A stretch of DNA of 64,000 bases from Dipteris shenzhenensis (lineage: Eukaryota): NCBI GenBank assembly GCA_047967505.1, contig CM106538.1; one strand, given 5' to 3'. The notes under the pieces are model-generated. The model was not told the origin of the DNA and searched no databases. It was given only the letters and a program-made list of their open reading frames with translations. The position numbers and the translations under genes were made by a program. Shown in pieces: positions 13,213 through 26,259 of the stretch (the stretch's first letter is position 1; each line of letters begins with the position of its first letter).

Positions 13213-16200
13213 AGATCACTACATAGAAGAATGCAGATGTGAGTTTAGGATTCCTTGTGCATGTTTTCAGGTCATGGTATGAGATTGGCACCACTGCCAT
13301 TCTCCATTGGTGGCATTCTCCATAGAGATTGACACAATTCCATATGATCTCTGCACATGTGAGTTTAGGCTTCTCAATGCCATTTCTTAGGGCCTAATAA
13401 TAGATTGGCACCACTTGTACAAATGTTTACTCCACTGGTGGCATTCTCCACAGAGATTGACACAATTCCATATGATCTCTGCATAGCGGAGACAGTGATA
13501 TCTACATAGAAGAATGCACATGTGAGTTTAGGCTTCTCAATGCCATTTCTTAGGGCCTAATAAGAGATTGGCACCATTGCCATTCTCCACTTGTACAAAT
13601 GTTCACCCTACTAATCTAGGAGGGGTATTCTAGTGATCATAGGAGAGTGGTGTTCGATTCCAATCCACATGTGAGTTTGATGAACTCAGAGATTGACACA
13701 ATTCCATATGATCTCTACACAGTGGAGACAGGGATCTCTACATAGAAGAATGCACATGTGAGTTTAGGATTCCTTGTGCATGTTTGCAGGTCATGGTATG
13801 AAATTAGCACCACTACCATTCTCCACTAGTGGCATTCTCCACAGAGATTGACACAATTCCATATGATCTCTGCATAGCGGAGACAGTGATCACTACATAG
13901 AAGAATGCACATGTGAGTTTGGGCTTCTCAATGACAAATGTTTACCCTACTATTCTAGGAGGGGTATTCCTGTGATCATAAGAGAGTGGTGTCCGATTCC
14001 ATTCCACATGTGAGTTTGATGATCTCAGTGTCATTATGTAGGTGGCAGCATGAGTTTGGCATCACTGCCATTCTCACTAGTGGTAGTCTAGACAAACTAA
14101 AACTATAGATTGACATTCCAGGGCCTAATAAGAGATTGACACAATTCCATATGATCTCTACACATCGGAGACAGTGGTCACTACATGGAAGAATGCACAT
14201 GTGAGTTTAGGCTTCTCAATGCCATTTCTTAGGGCCTAATAAGAGATTGGCACCACTGCCATTCTCCGCTAGTGGTAATCTAGACAAACTAAACCCATAG
14301 ATTGACATTCCACTAATTTTATTGGCTGCAGTAGGATAATGGTAAAAGTGCCAATGCACATGTGAGATTAGGATTCCTTGTGCATGTTATCAGGTCATGG
14401 TATGAGATTGGCACCATTGCCATTCTCCATTGGTGGCATCCTTCATAGAGATTGACACAATTCCATATGATCTCTGCACAGCGGAGACAGTGATCACTAC
14501 ATAGAAGAATGCACATGTGAGTTTAGGCTTCTCAATGCCATTTCTTAGGGCCTAATAAGAGATTGGCACCACTGCCATTCTCCACTAATAAGAGATTGAA
14601 ATTCCACTAATTTTATTGGCATCACTGCCATTCTCCACTAGTGGTAGTCTAGACAAACTAAACCTATAGATTGACATTCCAGGGCCTAATAAGAGATTGA
14701 CACAATTCCATATGATCTCTACACAGCGGAGACAGTGATCACTACATAGAAGAATGCACATGTGAGTTTAGGCTTCTCAATGCCATTTCTTAGGGCCAGC
14801 ATGAGTTTGGCATCACTGCCATTCTCCGCTAGTGGTAATCTAGACAAACTAAACCTATAGACTGACATTCCACTAATTTTATTGGCTGCATTAGGATAAT
14901 GGCAAAAGTGCCAATGCACATGTGAGTTTAGGATTCCTTGTGCATGTTTTCAGGTCATGGTATGAGATTGGCACCACTGCCATTCTCCACTGGTGGCATT
15001 CTCCACAGAGATTGTCACAATTCCATATGATCTCTGCACATGTGAGTTTAGGCTTCTCCACAGAGATTGACACAATTCCATATGATCTCTACATAGTGGA
15101 GATAGTGATCACTACATAGAAGAATGCACATGTGAGTTTAGGATTCCTTGTGCACCACTGCCATTCTCCACTGGTGGCATTCTATAATGGCAAAAGTGCC
15201 AATCCACATGTGAGTTTAGGATTCCTTGTGCATGTTTTCAGGTCATGGTATGAGATTGGCACCACTGCCATTCTCCACTGGTGGCATTCTCCATAGAGAT
15301 TGACACAAATCCATATGATCTCTACACAGCGGAGATAGTGATCACTACATAGAAGAATGCACATGTGAGTTTAGGCTTCTCAATGCCATTTATTAGGGCC
15401 TAATAAGAGATTGGCACCATTGCCATTCTCCACTTGTACAAATGTTTACCCTACTATTCTAGGAGGGGTATTCCAGTGATCATAGGAGAGTGGTGTCCGA
15501 TTCCAATCCAAATGTGAGTTTAGGATTCCATATGATCTCTAGACAGTGGAGACAGTGATCACTACATAGAAGAATGCACATGTGAGTTTAGGATTCCTTG
15601 TGCATGTTTTCAGGTCATGGTATGAGATTGGCACCACTGCCATTCTCCACTGGTGGCATTCTCCACAGAGATTGACACAATTCCATATGATCTCTACACA
15701 TGTGAGTTTAGGCTTCTCAATGCCATCTCTTAGGGCCTAATAAGAGATTGGCACCACTGCCATTCTCCACTTGTACAAATGTTTACCCTACTATTCTAGG
15801 AGGGTATTCCAGTGATCATAGGAGAGTGGTGTCCTATTCCATTCCATATGTGAGTTTGATGATCTCAGTGTCTTTATGTAGTTGCCATCATGAGATTGGC
15901 ATCACTGCCATTCTCCGCTAGTGGTAATCTAGACAAACTGAACCTATAGATTGATATTCCACTAATTTTATTGGCTGCAGTAGGATAATGGCAAAAGTGC
16001 CAATGCACATGTGAGTTTAGGATTCCTTGTGCATGTTTTCAGGTCATGGTATGAGATTGGCACCACTACCATTCTCCACTTGTACAAATGTTTACCTTAC
16101 TATTCTAGGAGGGGTATTCCAGTGATCATAGGAGAGTGGTGAACATTTGTACATAGCGGAGACAATGATCAGTACATAGAAGAATGCACATGTGAGTTTA

Positions 16201-19200
16201 GGCTTCTCCACTAGTGGTAATCTAGACAAACTAAACCTATAGATTGACATTCCACTAATTTTATTGGCTGCACATGTGAGTTTAGGCTTCACAGTGCCAT
16301 TTTCTAGGGCCTAATAAGAGATTGGCACCACTGCCATTCTCCGTTGGTACAAATGTTTACCCTAATATTCTAGGAGGGGTATTCCAAGGATCATAGGAGA
16401 ATGGTGCTCGATTCCAATCCACATGTGAGTCTGAGGATCTCAGTGTCATTATGTAGGTGCCAGCATGCGTTTGGCATCACTGCCATTCTCCATTAGTGGT
16501 AGTCTAGACAAACTAAACCTATAGATTGACATTCCAGGGCCTAATAAGAGATTGACACAATTCCATATGATCTCTACACAGCGGAGACAGTGATGACTAC
16601 ATAGAAGAATGCACATGTGAGTTTAGGCTTCTCAATGACATTTCTTAGGGCCTAATAAGAGATTGGAACCACTGCCATTCTCCACTTGTACAAATGTTCA
16701 CCCTACTATTCTAGGAGGGGTATTCCAGTGATCATAGGAGAGTGGTGTCCGATTCCAATCCACATGTAAGTTTGATGAACTCAGTGTCATTATGTAGGTG
16801 CCAGCATAAGTTTGGCATCACTGCCATTCTCCATTAGTGGTAGTCTAGACAAACTAAACCTATAGATTGACATTCCAGGGCCTAATAAGAGATTGACACA
16901 ATTCCATATGATCTCTACACAGCGGAGACAATGATCACTACATAGAAGAATGCACATGTGAGTTTAGGCTTCTCAATGACATTTCTTAGGGCCTAATAAG
17001 AGATTGGCACCACTGCCATTCTCCACTTGTACAAATGTTCACCCTACTATTCTAGGAGGGGTATTCCAGTGATCATAGGAGAGTGATGTCCGATTCTAAT
17101 CCACATGTGAGTTTGATGAAATCAGAGATTGACACAATTCCATATGATCTCTACACAGTGGAGACAATGATCTCTACATAGAAGAATGCACATGTGAGTT
17201 TAGGATTCCTTGTGCATATTTTTAGGTCATGGTATGAGATTGGCACCACTACCATTCTCCACTGGTGGCATTCTCCATAGAGATTGACACAATTCCATAT
17301 GATCTCTACACAGCGGAGATAGTGATCACTACATAGAAGAATGCACATGTGAGTTTAGGCTTCTCAATGACATTTCTTAGGGCCTAATAAGAGATTGGCA
17401 CCACTGCCATTCTCCACTTGTACAAATGTTTACCCTACTATTCTAGGAGGGGTATTCCAGTGATCATAGGAGAGTGGTGTCCTAATCCATTCCACATGTG
17501 AGTTTGATGATCTCAGTGTCATTATGTAGTTGCCAGCATGGGATTGGCATCACTACCATTCTCCGCTAGTGGTAATCTAGACAAACTGAACCTATAGATT
17601 GACATTCCACTAATTTTATTGGCTATAGTAGGATAGTGGCAAAAGTGCCAATGCACATGTGAGTTTAGATTGGCATCACTGCCATTCTCCACTAGTGGTC
17701 CAATAATTTTATTGGCTGCAGTAGGATAATAGCAAAAGTGACAATGCACATGTGAGTTTAGAATTCCTTGTGCATGTTTTCAGTTCATGGTATGAGATTG
17801 GCACCACTGCCATTTATTAGGGCCTAATAAGAGATTGGCACCACTGCCATTCTCCACTGCCATTTATTAGGGCCTAATAAGAGATTGGCACCACTGCAAT
17901 TCTCCACTTGTACAAATGTTTACCCTACTATTCTAGGGGGGTATTCCAGTGATCATAGGAGAGTGGTGTCCTATTCCATTCCACAGGTGAGTTTGATGAT
18001 CTCAATGTCATTATGTAGTTGCAAGCATGAGATTGGCATCACTGCCATTCTCCGCTAGTGGTAATCTAGACAAACTGAACCTATAGATTGACATAACACT
18101 AATTTTATTGGCTGCAGTAGGATAATGGCAAAAATGCCAATGCACATGTGAGTTTAGGATTCCTTGTGCATGTTTTTAGGTCATGGTATGAGATTGGCAC
18201 CACTGCCATTCTCCACTGGTGGCATTCTCCACAGAGATTGACACAATTCCATATTATCTCTACAGAGCAGAGATAGTGATCACTACATAGAAGAATGCAC
18301 ATTACCACTAGCGGAGAATGGTAGTAGGATAATGGCAAAAGTGCCAATGTACATGTGAGTTTAGGATTCCTTGTGCATGTTTTCAGGTCATGGTATGAGA
18401 TTGGCACCACTGCCATTGTCCATTGGTGGCATTCTCCACAGAGATTGACACAATTCCATATTGTCTCTACATAGCGGAGACAGTGATCACTACATAAAAG
18501 CATGCACATTACCACTAGCGGAGAATGGCAGTAGGATAATGGCAAACGTGCCAATGCACATGTGAGTTTAGGATTCCTTGTGCATGTTTTCAGGTCATGG
18601 TATGGGATTGGCACCACTACCATTCTCTGCTAAAGGTAATCTAGACAAACTAAACCTATAGATTGACATTCCACTAATTTTATTGGCTGCAGTAGGATAA
18701 TGGCAAAAGTGCCAATGCACATGTGAGTTTAGGATTCCTTGTGCATGTTTTCAGGTCATGGTATGAGATTGGCACCACTGCCATTCTCCACTGGTGGCAT
18801 TCTCCATAGAGATTGACACAATTCCATATGATATCTACACAACGGAGACGGTGATCACTACATAGAAGAATGCACATGTGAGTTTGATGGTCTCAGTGTC
18901 ATTATGTATTTGCCAACATGAGATTGGCATCACTACCATTCTCCACTAGTGGTAATCTAGACAAACTAAACCTATAGATTGACATTCCACTATATTTATT
19001 GGCTGCAGTAGGATAATGGCAAAAGTTTCAATGCACATGCATGTGAGTTTGATGATCTCATTGTCATTATGTAGTTGCCAGCATGAGATTGGCATCACTG
19101 CCATTCTCCACTAGTGGTAGTGCCAATGCACATGTGAGTTTAGGATTCCTTGTGCATTTTTTCAGGTCATGGTATGAGATTGGCACCACTGCCATTCTCC

Positions 19201-20745
19201 ATAGAGATTGACACAATTCCATATGATATCTACACAGTAGAGACGGTGATCACTACATAGAAGAATGCACATGTAATGGTAATCTAGACAAACTAAACCT
19301 ATAGATTGACATTCCACTAATTTTATTGGCTGCACATGTGAGTTTAGGCTTCACAATGCCATTCTCTAGGGCCTAATAACCACTACATAGAAGAATGCAC
19401 ATGTGAGTTTAGGCTTCTCAATGCCATTTCTTAGGGCCTAATAAGAGATTGGCACCACTGCCATTCTCCACTTGTACAAATGTTTACCCTACTATTCTAG
19501 GAGGGGTATTCCATTGATCATAGGAGAGTGTTGTCCGATTCCAATCCACATGTGAGTTTGATGATCTCAGAGATTGACACAGTTCCATATGATCTCTACA
19601 CAGCGGAGACAGTGATCACTACATAGAAGAATGCACATGTGAGTTTAGGATTCCTTGTGCACCACTGCCATTCTCCACTGGTGGCATTCTATAATGGCAA
19701 AAGTGCCAATCCACATGTGAGTTTAGGATTCCTTGTGCATGTTTTCAGGTCATGGTATGAGATTAGCACCACTGCCATTCTCCACTGGTGGCATTCCCGA
19801 CAGAGATTGACACAAATCCATATGATCTCTACACAGCAGAGACAGTGATCACTACATAGAAGAATGCACATGTGAGTTTAGGCTTGTCAATGCCATTTAT
19901 TAGGGCCTAATAAGAGATTGGCACCACTGCCATTCTCCACTTGTACAAATGTTTACCCTACTATTCTAGGAGGGGTATTCTAGTGATCATAGGAGAGTGG
20001 TGTCCGATTCCAATCCAAATGTGAGTTTAGGATTCCATATGATCTCTACATAGCGGAGACAGTGATCACTGCATAGAAGAATGCACAGTAGGATAATGGC
20101 AAAAGTACATGTTTTCAGGTCATGGTATGAGATTGGCACCACTGCCATTCTCCACTGGTGGCATTCTCCACAGATATTGACACAAATCCATATGATCTCT
20201 GCACATGTGAGTTTAGGCTTCTCAATGCCATTTCTTAGGGCCTAATAAGAGATTGGCACCACTGCCATTCTCCACTTGTACAAATGTTTACCCTACTATT
20301 CTAGGAGGGGTATTCCAGTGATCATAAGAGAGTGGTGTCCTATTCCATTCCACATGTGAGTTTGATGATCTCAGTGTCATTATGTAGTTGACATCATGAG
20401 ATTGGCATCACTACCATTCTCCGCTAGTGGTAATCTAGACAACTGAACCTATATATTGACATTCCACTAATTTTATTGGATGTAGTAGGATAATGGCAAA
20501 AGTGCCAATGCACATGTGAGTTTAGGATTCCTTGTGCATGTTTTTAGGTCATGGTATGAGATTGGCACCACTGCCATTCTCCACTGGTGGCATTCTCCAC
20601 AGAGATTGACACAATTCCATATGATCTCTACACAATGGAGACAGTGATCATTACATAGAAGAATGCACATGTGAGTTTGATGATCTCAGTGTCATTATGT
20701 AGTTGCCAGCATGAGATTGGCATCACTGCCATTCTCCACTAGTGC
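13213..20745. repeat. Complex scrambled satellite of three diverged monomers (~155, ~149, ~160 bp; ~465-bp higher-order unit)
   Basis: CACATGTGAGTTT and GAGATTGGCAYCACTGCCATTCTCC recur throughout. One clean cycle has monomer starts at 20202, 20351, 20511 and 20666. Confidence 0.93.
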
Positions 20746-20777
20746 CACTCTTAAGGACTTCTTATGAGGTCTTTCAA

Positions 20778-21488
20778 TTTATCTCAAGGGATATTGGCAC
20801 TAGTGCCACTCTCAAGGACTTCTTATGAGGTCTTGGAGAATGGCACTGGTGCCATTCTCCATTTAAAATTAGAATTTCAATCTCTAAATTTGCCATTCAA
20901 TCATGAAAATCAAAATTGAGATTGAAGTTTAACTTGAAATCAAAATTTGAAAACTAGAATTTCGGTTTTGAAATACAATTTCAAACAGATTATACAAATT
21001 GAAATTAAAAATATCAATATGAATTTGAATTTAAATTTAATATTGGAGAGAATGGCATAAGTGCCACTCTATATATCCAAAATTCAAAAGGGAACAATGG
21101 CGGGAAGAGCTATATTTCAAAATTTTATTTATCTCAAGGGATATTGGCACTAGTGCCACTCTCAAGGACTTCTTATGAGGTCTTGGAGAATGGCACTGGT
21201 GCCATTCTCCATTTAAAATTAGAATTTCAATCTCTAAATTTGCCATTCAATCATGAAAATCAAAATTGAGATTGAAGTTTAACTTGAAATCAAAATTTGA
21301 AAACTAGAATTTAGGTTTTGAAATACAATTTCAAAAGAATAATTTCAATTTGAAATACAAATTGAAATTAAAAATATCAATATGAATTTGAATTTAAATT
21401 TAATATTGGAGAGAATGGCATAAGTGCCACTCTATATATCCAAAATTCAAAAGGGAACAATGGCAGGAAGAGCTATATTTCAAAATTT
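20778..21488. repeat. AT-rich tandem duplication (~350 bp x2) containing the GGAGAATGGCAC-NN-GTGCCATTCTCC palindrome
   Basis: 20778-21126 is near-identical to 21128-21488. Confidence 0.9.
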
Positions 21489-21699
21489 GAATTATTTAGT
21501 AGTTTCAAACTATCACTTTTAACTTTCAATCTACATTTCAGACAAATCAAGACCTTTTCTCTCATTTCAATTAATGCCTTTCCCTCATTCACTTTCTATT
21601 CATTCCAAACAACTCATTTCAATTTAGCAGAATTGGAGAGGAGTCTCAGAGTTTTACTCACCACAGCTCTCAGAGGCAGGGGCAGAATCGACTTTGTAA

Positions 21700-22340
21700 A
21701 GTCCCTTTTGAGGCCGGTGACTTTGTGAAGTCCTCTTGTGGGATTTTATCACTGAGATTGTTGTGACTCGAATCGAGGCTCACAGTGTAAGGAAGGTTCC
21801 CTAGACTGTAGGGAATCAGACCAAAGAGGTGGTTGAAGGACTTGAGCGTTCCGGGATTGCACCTAAAAGAATCGGCTGAAAGGTCGAGCTGCTCTAGGGC
21901 GAGAACGAGAGTCTGCAGCTGGCGGCATCCCATGATAGGCAAACGAATTTCGCCGAGCAGCTTGTTACTAGCGTTTTTTCTGCCGTCTTCTTCTTCTTCT
22001 TCATCGTCTCTTTGCTTAGGCGACTGATTTGAGGAGGCAAAGCTCCCGTTATTTGGTTGCCTCCATGCAAGATGGTGCAAACGGACGTCACGTTGAAGAG
22101 CTCAGGCGGGAGAGTTCCATGGATGCTGTTTCCCTGAAGAGCTCAAGCGTTGAAGAGCTCAAGCGGTGCAGCTGATCGACTGATCCAATTGATATGATGG
22201 CGTAGCTTTCTGTGGGATGGTGGTGCAAGAGATGCCACTCTAGTAGCAAGGCGTATCATTGCTCACGAGAGCGCAAATTCCCACGAGAAAACAGTCGATC
22301 AACTTAGGGCAACGAGCGCAATGACAGAGAAGGTATTAGG
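21700..22340 (-). pseudogene. LRR receptor-like kinase ectodomain remnant (ZAR1/LRR-III-like) with multiple internal deletions
   Basis: Collinear pieces: LRRNT-like NDTPCY*SGISC; GSVDQLHRLS/LQGNSIHGTLPPELFNVTS..GNQITGALPPQI; NKLLGEI..GCRQLQTLVL; LEQLDLSADSF; SFNHLFGLIPYSLGNLPYTVSLDSSHNNLSDKIPQ. Forms a GC-rich island in AT-rich DNA. Confidence 0.8.
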
Positions 22341-22559
22341 GTATTTCAATTTTTTACCTTCTAACCTTTTGCTTTTCGTTAAAAAACAAATTTAACAATT
22401 TTTTTCCTTCATTAGTTTAAGCTTTTGCTTTTCGTCAAAATTGCATTCAAGGCTTCATACTACATTGGCCTAGCCTATAATTTGCCATTATTGCCAGTCT
22501 TTATAATTAGCGTCCATGGGTTGATCCTCTTTTATCACATCCCTATCACATCCTCTTCA

Positions 22560-22915
22560 TTTATTGTTGTTAGGGATTCAGATAAAATCGAAAAAGTGCC
22601 TTAAGATGTTTTCCAAGTAAATACTTGCAAGACTTTCTTTGGCAATTTCCCATTCCTTGCATCTGCATTCTAAGCAGCACATGCTTCAACATGTAATCCT
22701 TTGATAAGTCTTGATACATTTCTAGGGAAGCACTTTTTTCCAATGAGAGCTTGGAAGCACTCATTTTTGTGTGCAAGAGTGTACATGCTATCTTTTATCA
22801 CCTGCAAGCTCGTTGAGTTGCAAGCACACCTTAAAGCTACATCGATTATCGAGATACTTGTCACCATTGAAGTATATGTTGCTTCCATGTTCTCTAGCAA
22901 TTGCCTTTTTTGAAT
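22560..22915 (-). pseudogene. Coding-like fragment of unknown family
   Basis: Frame of ORF 22670..22948 (QLLENMEATYTSMVTSISIIDVAL..YTLAHKNECFQALIGKKCFPRNVSRLIKGLHVEAC) continues past one stop. Confidence 0.3.
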
Positions 22916-23812
22916 AATGTAGTAATGAGTATCATAGAACCAAATCACACTAGTTGTACAACAAACACGTGATCTTAACTTGAAAAGATGAGTATCTTAA
23001 AGCCAAATCACACTCCTTATTTTGTGATCCACCATGTGATCATAACTTGGAAAACATGAGTATTATAAAGCCAAATCACACACCTGATCTTAGACATCAT
23101 AATGATCCCATATTTATTCTCTATTATGACACTAAAGCAGATATGCTAAACCTTAAGATCAAACAAGCACACACTCAAAAGAAGTACAAAGCTATTAGTG
23201 GCTATAAAGAATTTCCCAACAAAGCTGTCATTGATGTTAACATCATTGATAAATGAAGGCAATTCCTGTTTTGTGATAGATGATCTGTTTCAAAGTTTTT
23301 AGTATATGCTTTTCAAGTTGCTTTTTAGTATAAGCACCAATTAGCCAACTAATGGAGGAATTGGGACATATCTAACATTTATTTTATTTCTTTCATTTAA
23401 CATATCTAACGTATGCATTTCTTTTATTTCTATTTTACATTGTCCACACTCATTTTCTTCCTTTTTTACATTGTCCTCATGCCTTTTATTTAACCTATTC
23501 TCATCTTCCTTTAAAAAAATCCATAGCTTGCGATCTAATGATGAGCATGATTACAATTTTTTTAACATGGAGAAAAATCACATTCTCGTCAACTAATTCA
23601 ATCTATACCTTAAAATTTTACATTACTTGGACCTTGATCAAGAAAAACATACTCTAACATAAAAATTTGTAACTTAACCAACCTAACATAAACAAACTAA
23701 CGTGAATAAACTCACATAACGAGCTAGGTTTCATAAAGTAATATCGATCAACTTTACCACATATATGAATAAATGGAAGTAAAATAATGTATGGTTTCAA
23801 ATGAATACCACG

Positions 23813-23814
<2 letters not shown>

Positions 23815-23853
<39 letters not shown>
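23815..23853. repeat. (CA)n microsatellite
   Basis: Directly visible. Confidence 0.95.
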
Positions 23854-23856
<3 letters not shown>

Positions 23857-23884
23857 GTCTATGGTTTCAAGTTCTGGCATTGTA

Positions 23885-25270
23885 ATGGGAGAATGGCACT
23901 ACTGCCATCCTCCAATCTCCCCATTTTGCAAAGCTAAAAATTTCTAAATTTGCTCCACTTCCATTCTCCCATTGCAATGTCCCAATTCAAAACGTTGGCT
24001 TTGCAAAGGGGGAATGGCACCAGTGCCATTCTCCCATTGTGATTTCCCGAATCAAATCTTGGCTGTGCAAAGGGAAATGGCACTAGTGCCAATCTCCCAG
24101 ATTCAAAGTTTTGGCTTCACAGAGTCAAAATGGCACATGTGAGTTTGATGATCTCAGTGTCATTATGTAGGTGCCAGCATGAGATTGGCATCACTGCCAT
24201 TCTCCGCTAGTGGTAATCTAGGCAAACTAAACTTGTAGATTGACATTCCACTAATTTTATTGGCTACAGTAGGATAATGGCAAAAGTGCAAATGCACATG
24301 TGAGTTTAGGATTCCTTGTGCATGTTTTCAGGTCATGGTATGAGATTGGCACCACTGCCATTCTCCACAGAGATTGACACAAATCCATATGAACTCTACA
24401 GAGTGGAGACTATGATCATAGGAGAGTGGTGTCTGATTCCATTCCACATGTGAGTTTGATGATCTCAGTGTCATTATGTAGTTGCCAGCATGAGATTGGC
24501 ATCACTGCCATTCTCCGCTAGTGGTAATCTAGACAAACTAAACCTATAGATTAACATTCCACTAATTCTAATGGGAGAATGGCACCGGTGCCATTCTACC
24601 TTTGTGAAGCCAAAATTTTGAATTAGGACATTCCATTGGGAGAATGGCACTAGTGCCATTCTCCACTTTCCTATTACAAAGCCAAAAATTTTAAATTTTA
24701 AATTTGCACCACTGCCATTCTCCCGTTGCAATGTCCCGATTCAAAACTTTGGCTGTGCCATTCTCCCCATGCAATGTCGTGATTCAAAATTTCTACTTCA
24801 CAAAGACAGTATGGCACTAGTGCCATTCTCCCATTGCAATGTCACGATTCGGAATCTTGGCTTTGCAAAGGGAAAATGGCACCAGTGCCAGTCTCCCAAT
24901 GCAATGTCTTGATTCAAAGTTTGCCTTCATAAAGGGAGAATGGCACCAGTGCCATTCTCCCATTGCAATGTCCTAATATAAAATTTTGGCTTTGCAAAGG
25001 GAGCATGGCACCATTGGCATTCTCCCAAGGCAAAGTCCCAAGTCAAAATTTTATCTTCCAAAGGAAGAATAGCACTAGTCTGTTCTCCTCTTATGAAGAC
25101 AAATGTTTTTCTCAAGTCAATGCATGGGGAGAATGGCATTGGTGCCATTCCCCTTTTCAAAGATGGGATATGCAATTCTCCATAGGAAAGCCTAATTCAC
25201 ATGGAGAATGTCACCAATGCCATTCTCCACAATCCCACATGGAGAATGGCACTGGTGCCATTCTCCCCCC
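23885..25270. repeat. Array of ~65-bp units, each centred on the palindrome GGAGAATGGCAC-NN-GTGCCATTCTCC; interrupted by satellite monomers at ~24130-24570
   Basis: Palindrome centres near 24586, 24651, 24710, 24818, 24883, 24947, 25012, 25076, 25140 and 25253. Confidence 0.85.
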
Positions 25271-25656
25271 ACTACAAGGACAACTTTGTTGGTCTTATGA
25301 AATTCTTTGGTTGTAGTTTGTTCATAATCAATTTACTGTCATCGTAATGAGAGGGGATGGCTACTATCAGATGCATGAATTAGGTCATGATGATGGTGAA
25401 AATAATTCATGCTTTAGAAAAAGTTTTATGAAATTGCTAAAATTTTTAGGGAAATAATTCATGCTTTCATGAAAATTTTATATAGACTCATTCATGCATT
25501 CTAGAGATTTGCACCAATGCCATTCTTCCCCTCTAGAAGGACATGTTTGATGGTCTTATGAAATTCTTTGGTTGTAATTTGTTCATAATTAATTCTCCGT
25601 AATCATAATGACAAGGGATGGCTATCAGAAGCAGGGACAAGGTCATGATGATGGTG
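25250..25656 (+). repeat. Diverged direct duplication (~150 bp; 25250-25400 and 25510-25656)
   Basis: Both copies share ggtcttatgaaattctttggttgta..gggatggcta..ggtcatgatgatggtg. Confidence 0.75.
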
Positions 25657-26259
25657 GGGAATGAAGTGGTTGGAATTGGTGGAGTGTGTGTAATAGATCC
25701 GGAGGCCTACTATAGTGGTGTGAAGATTGGGACAGAAAATGTATCGGTGATAGTGGAGAAGTCTATCAATAGTGAAATGCTCTTGCCATTTCCCACTATG
25801 GATGCAGTGCTTGTTGGTGAGGCAATTTGGAGCGTTGTCAAGTGGCCTAAGGGCTCTCTAAAACATGTTGGTGATTCTTTAGATGATGCGGTAACTGAAG
25901 AAGCTACACCAAGTGAGCCTAAGCGACCTTATGTTGAGGCAATGCCAGTTTCTTCATTGGAAACTGACAATTTCATTCGTGAATCTTGGAAAGAGAAAAA
26001 GGTTGTCTTATGGGATGAGAGCAAAACAAAGACCGTGGGGGAAGGTGTGATCTTATATGTTTTCCTGGGAGACTCTATAAACTTTGACCTATTGGGTAAC
26101 GATTGCATTGGTGTGGGTATTGAAAAGAAAGAACAAATTAGAGGAAGTGACTTAGGGTCTTCTATGCAAGATGTCGGCTCTCTCAACCTAGTAAAGTGGC
26201 CCATCAAGTAGATTACCTTACTTGAAGGAAGTCCATTGCAACAATATGTGCCCATGGAC
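25657..26259 (+). pseudogene. N-terminal part of a DNA-transposon ORF with two TNP1/En-Spm (Transposase_23/DUF8039)-like repeats
   Basis: VGIGGVCVIDP..SGVKIGTENVSVIV..LLPFP..VGEAIWSVVKWP, and a second copy VGEGVI..LLGNDCIGVGI..LVKWP. Continues past TAG 26209 up to the copia insertion site. Confidence 0.6.

Noticed and set aside
13976-20670. Cys/His-rich small ORFs in the satellite (MCILLCSDH..)
   Set aside because: In the frames I translated, none stays open across a full monomer cycle; these are repeat translation artefacts.
13213-20745. CRISPR-like array (constant boxes with 34-nt spacers)
   Set aside because: Only three spacer types recur many times, there are no cas genes, and the context is eukaryotic.
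25270-25279. CACTACAAGG as a CACTA terminus
   Set aside because: It lies inside a local duplication whose second copy reads ctctagaagg, I saw no matching opposite terminus, and the downstream catalytic core is not CACTA-type.
25618-25656. MAIRSRDKVMMMV as the true transposase start
   Set aside because: These codons belong to the duplicated non-coding block at 25510-25656; the transposase appears 5'-truncated here.
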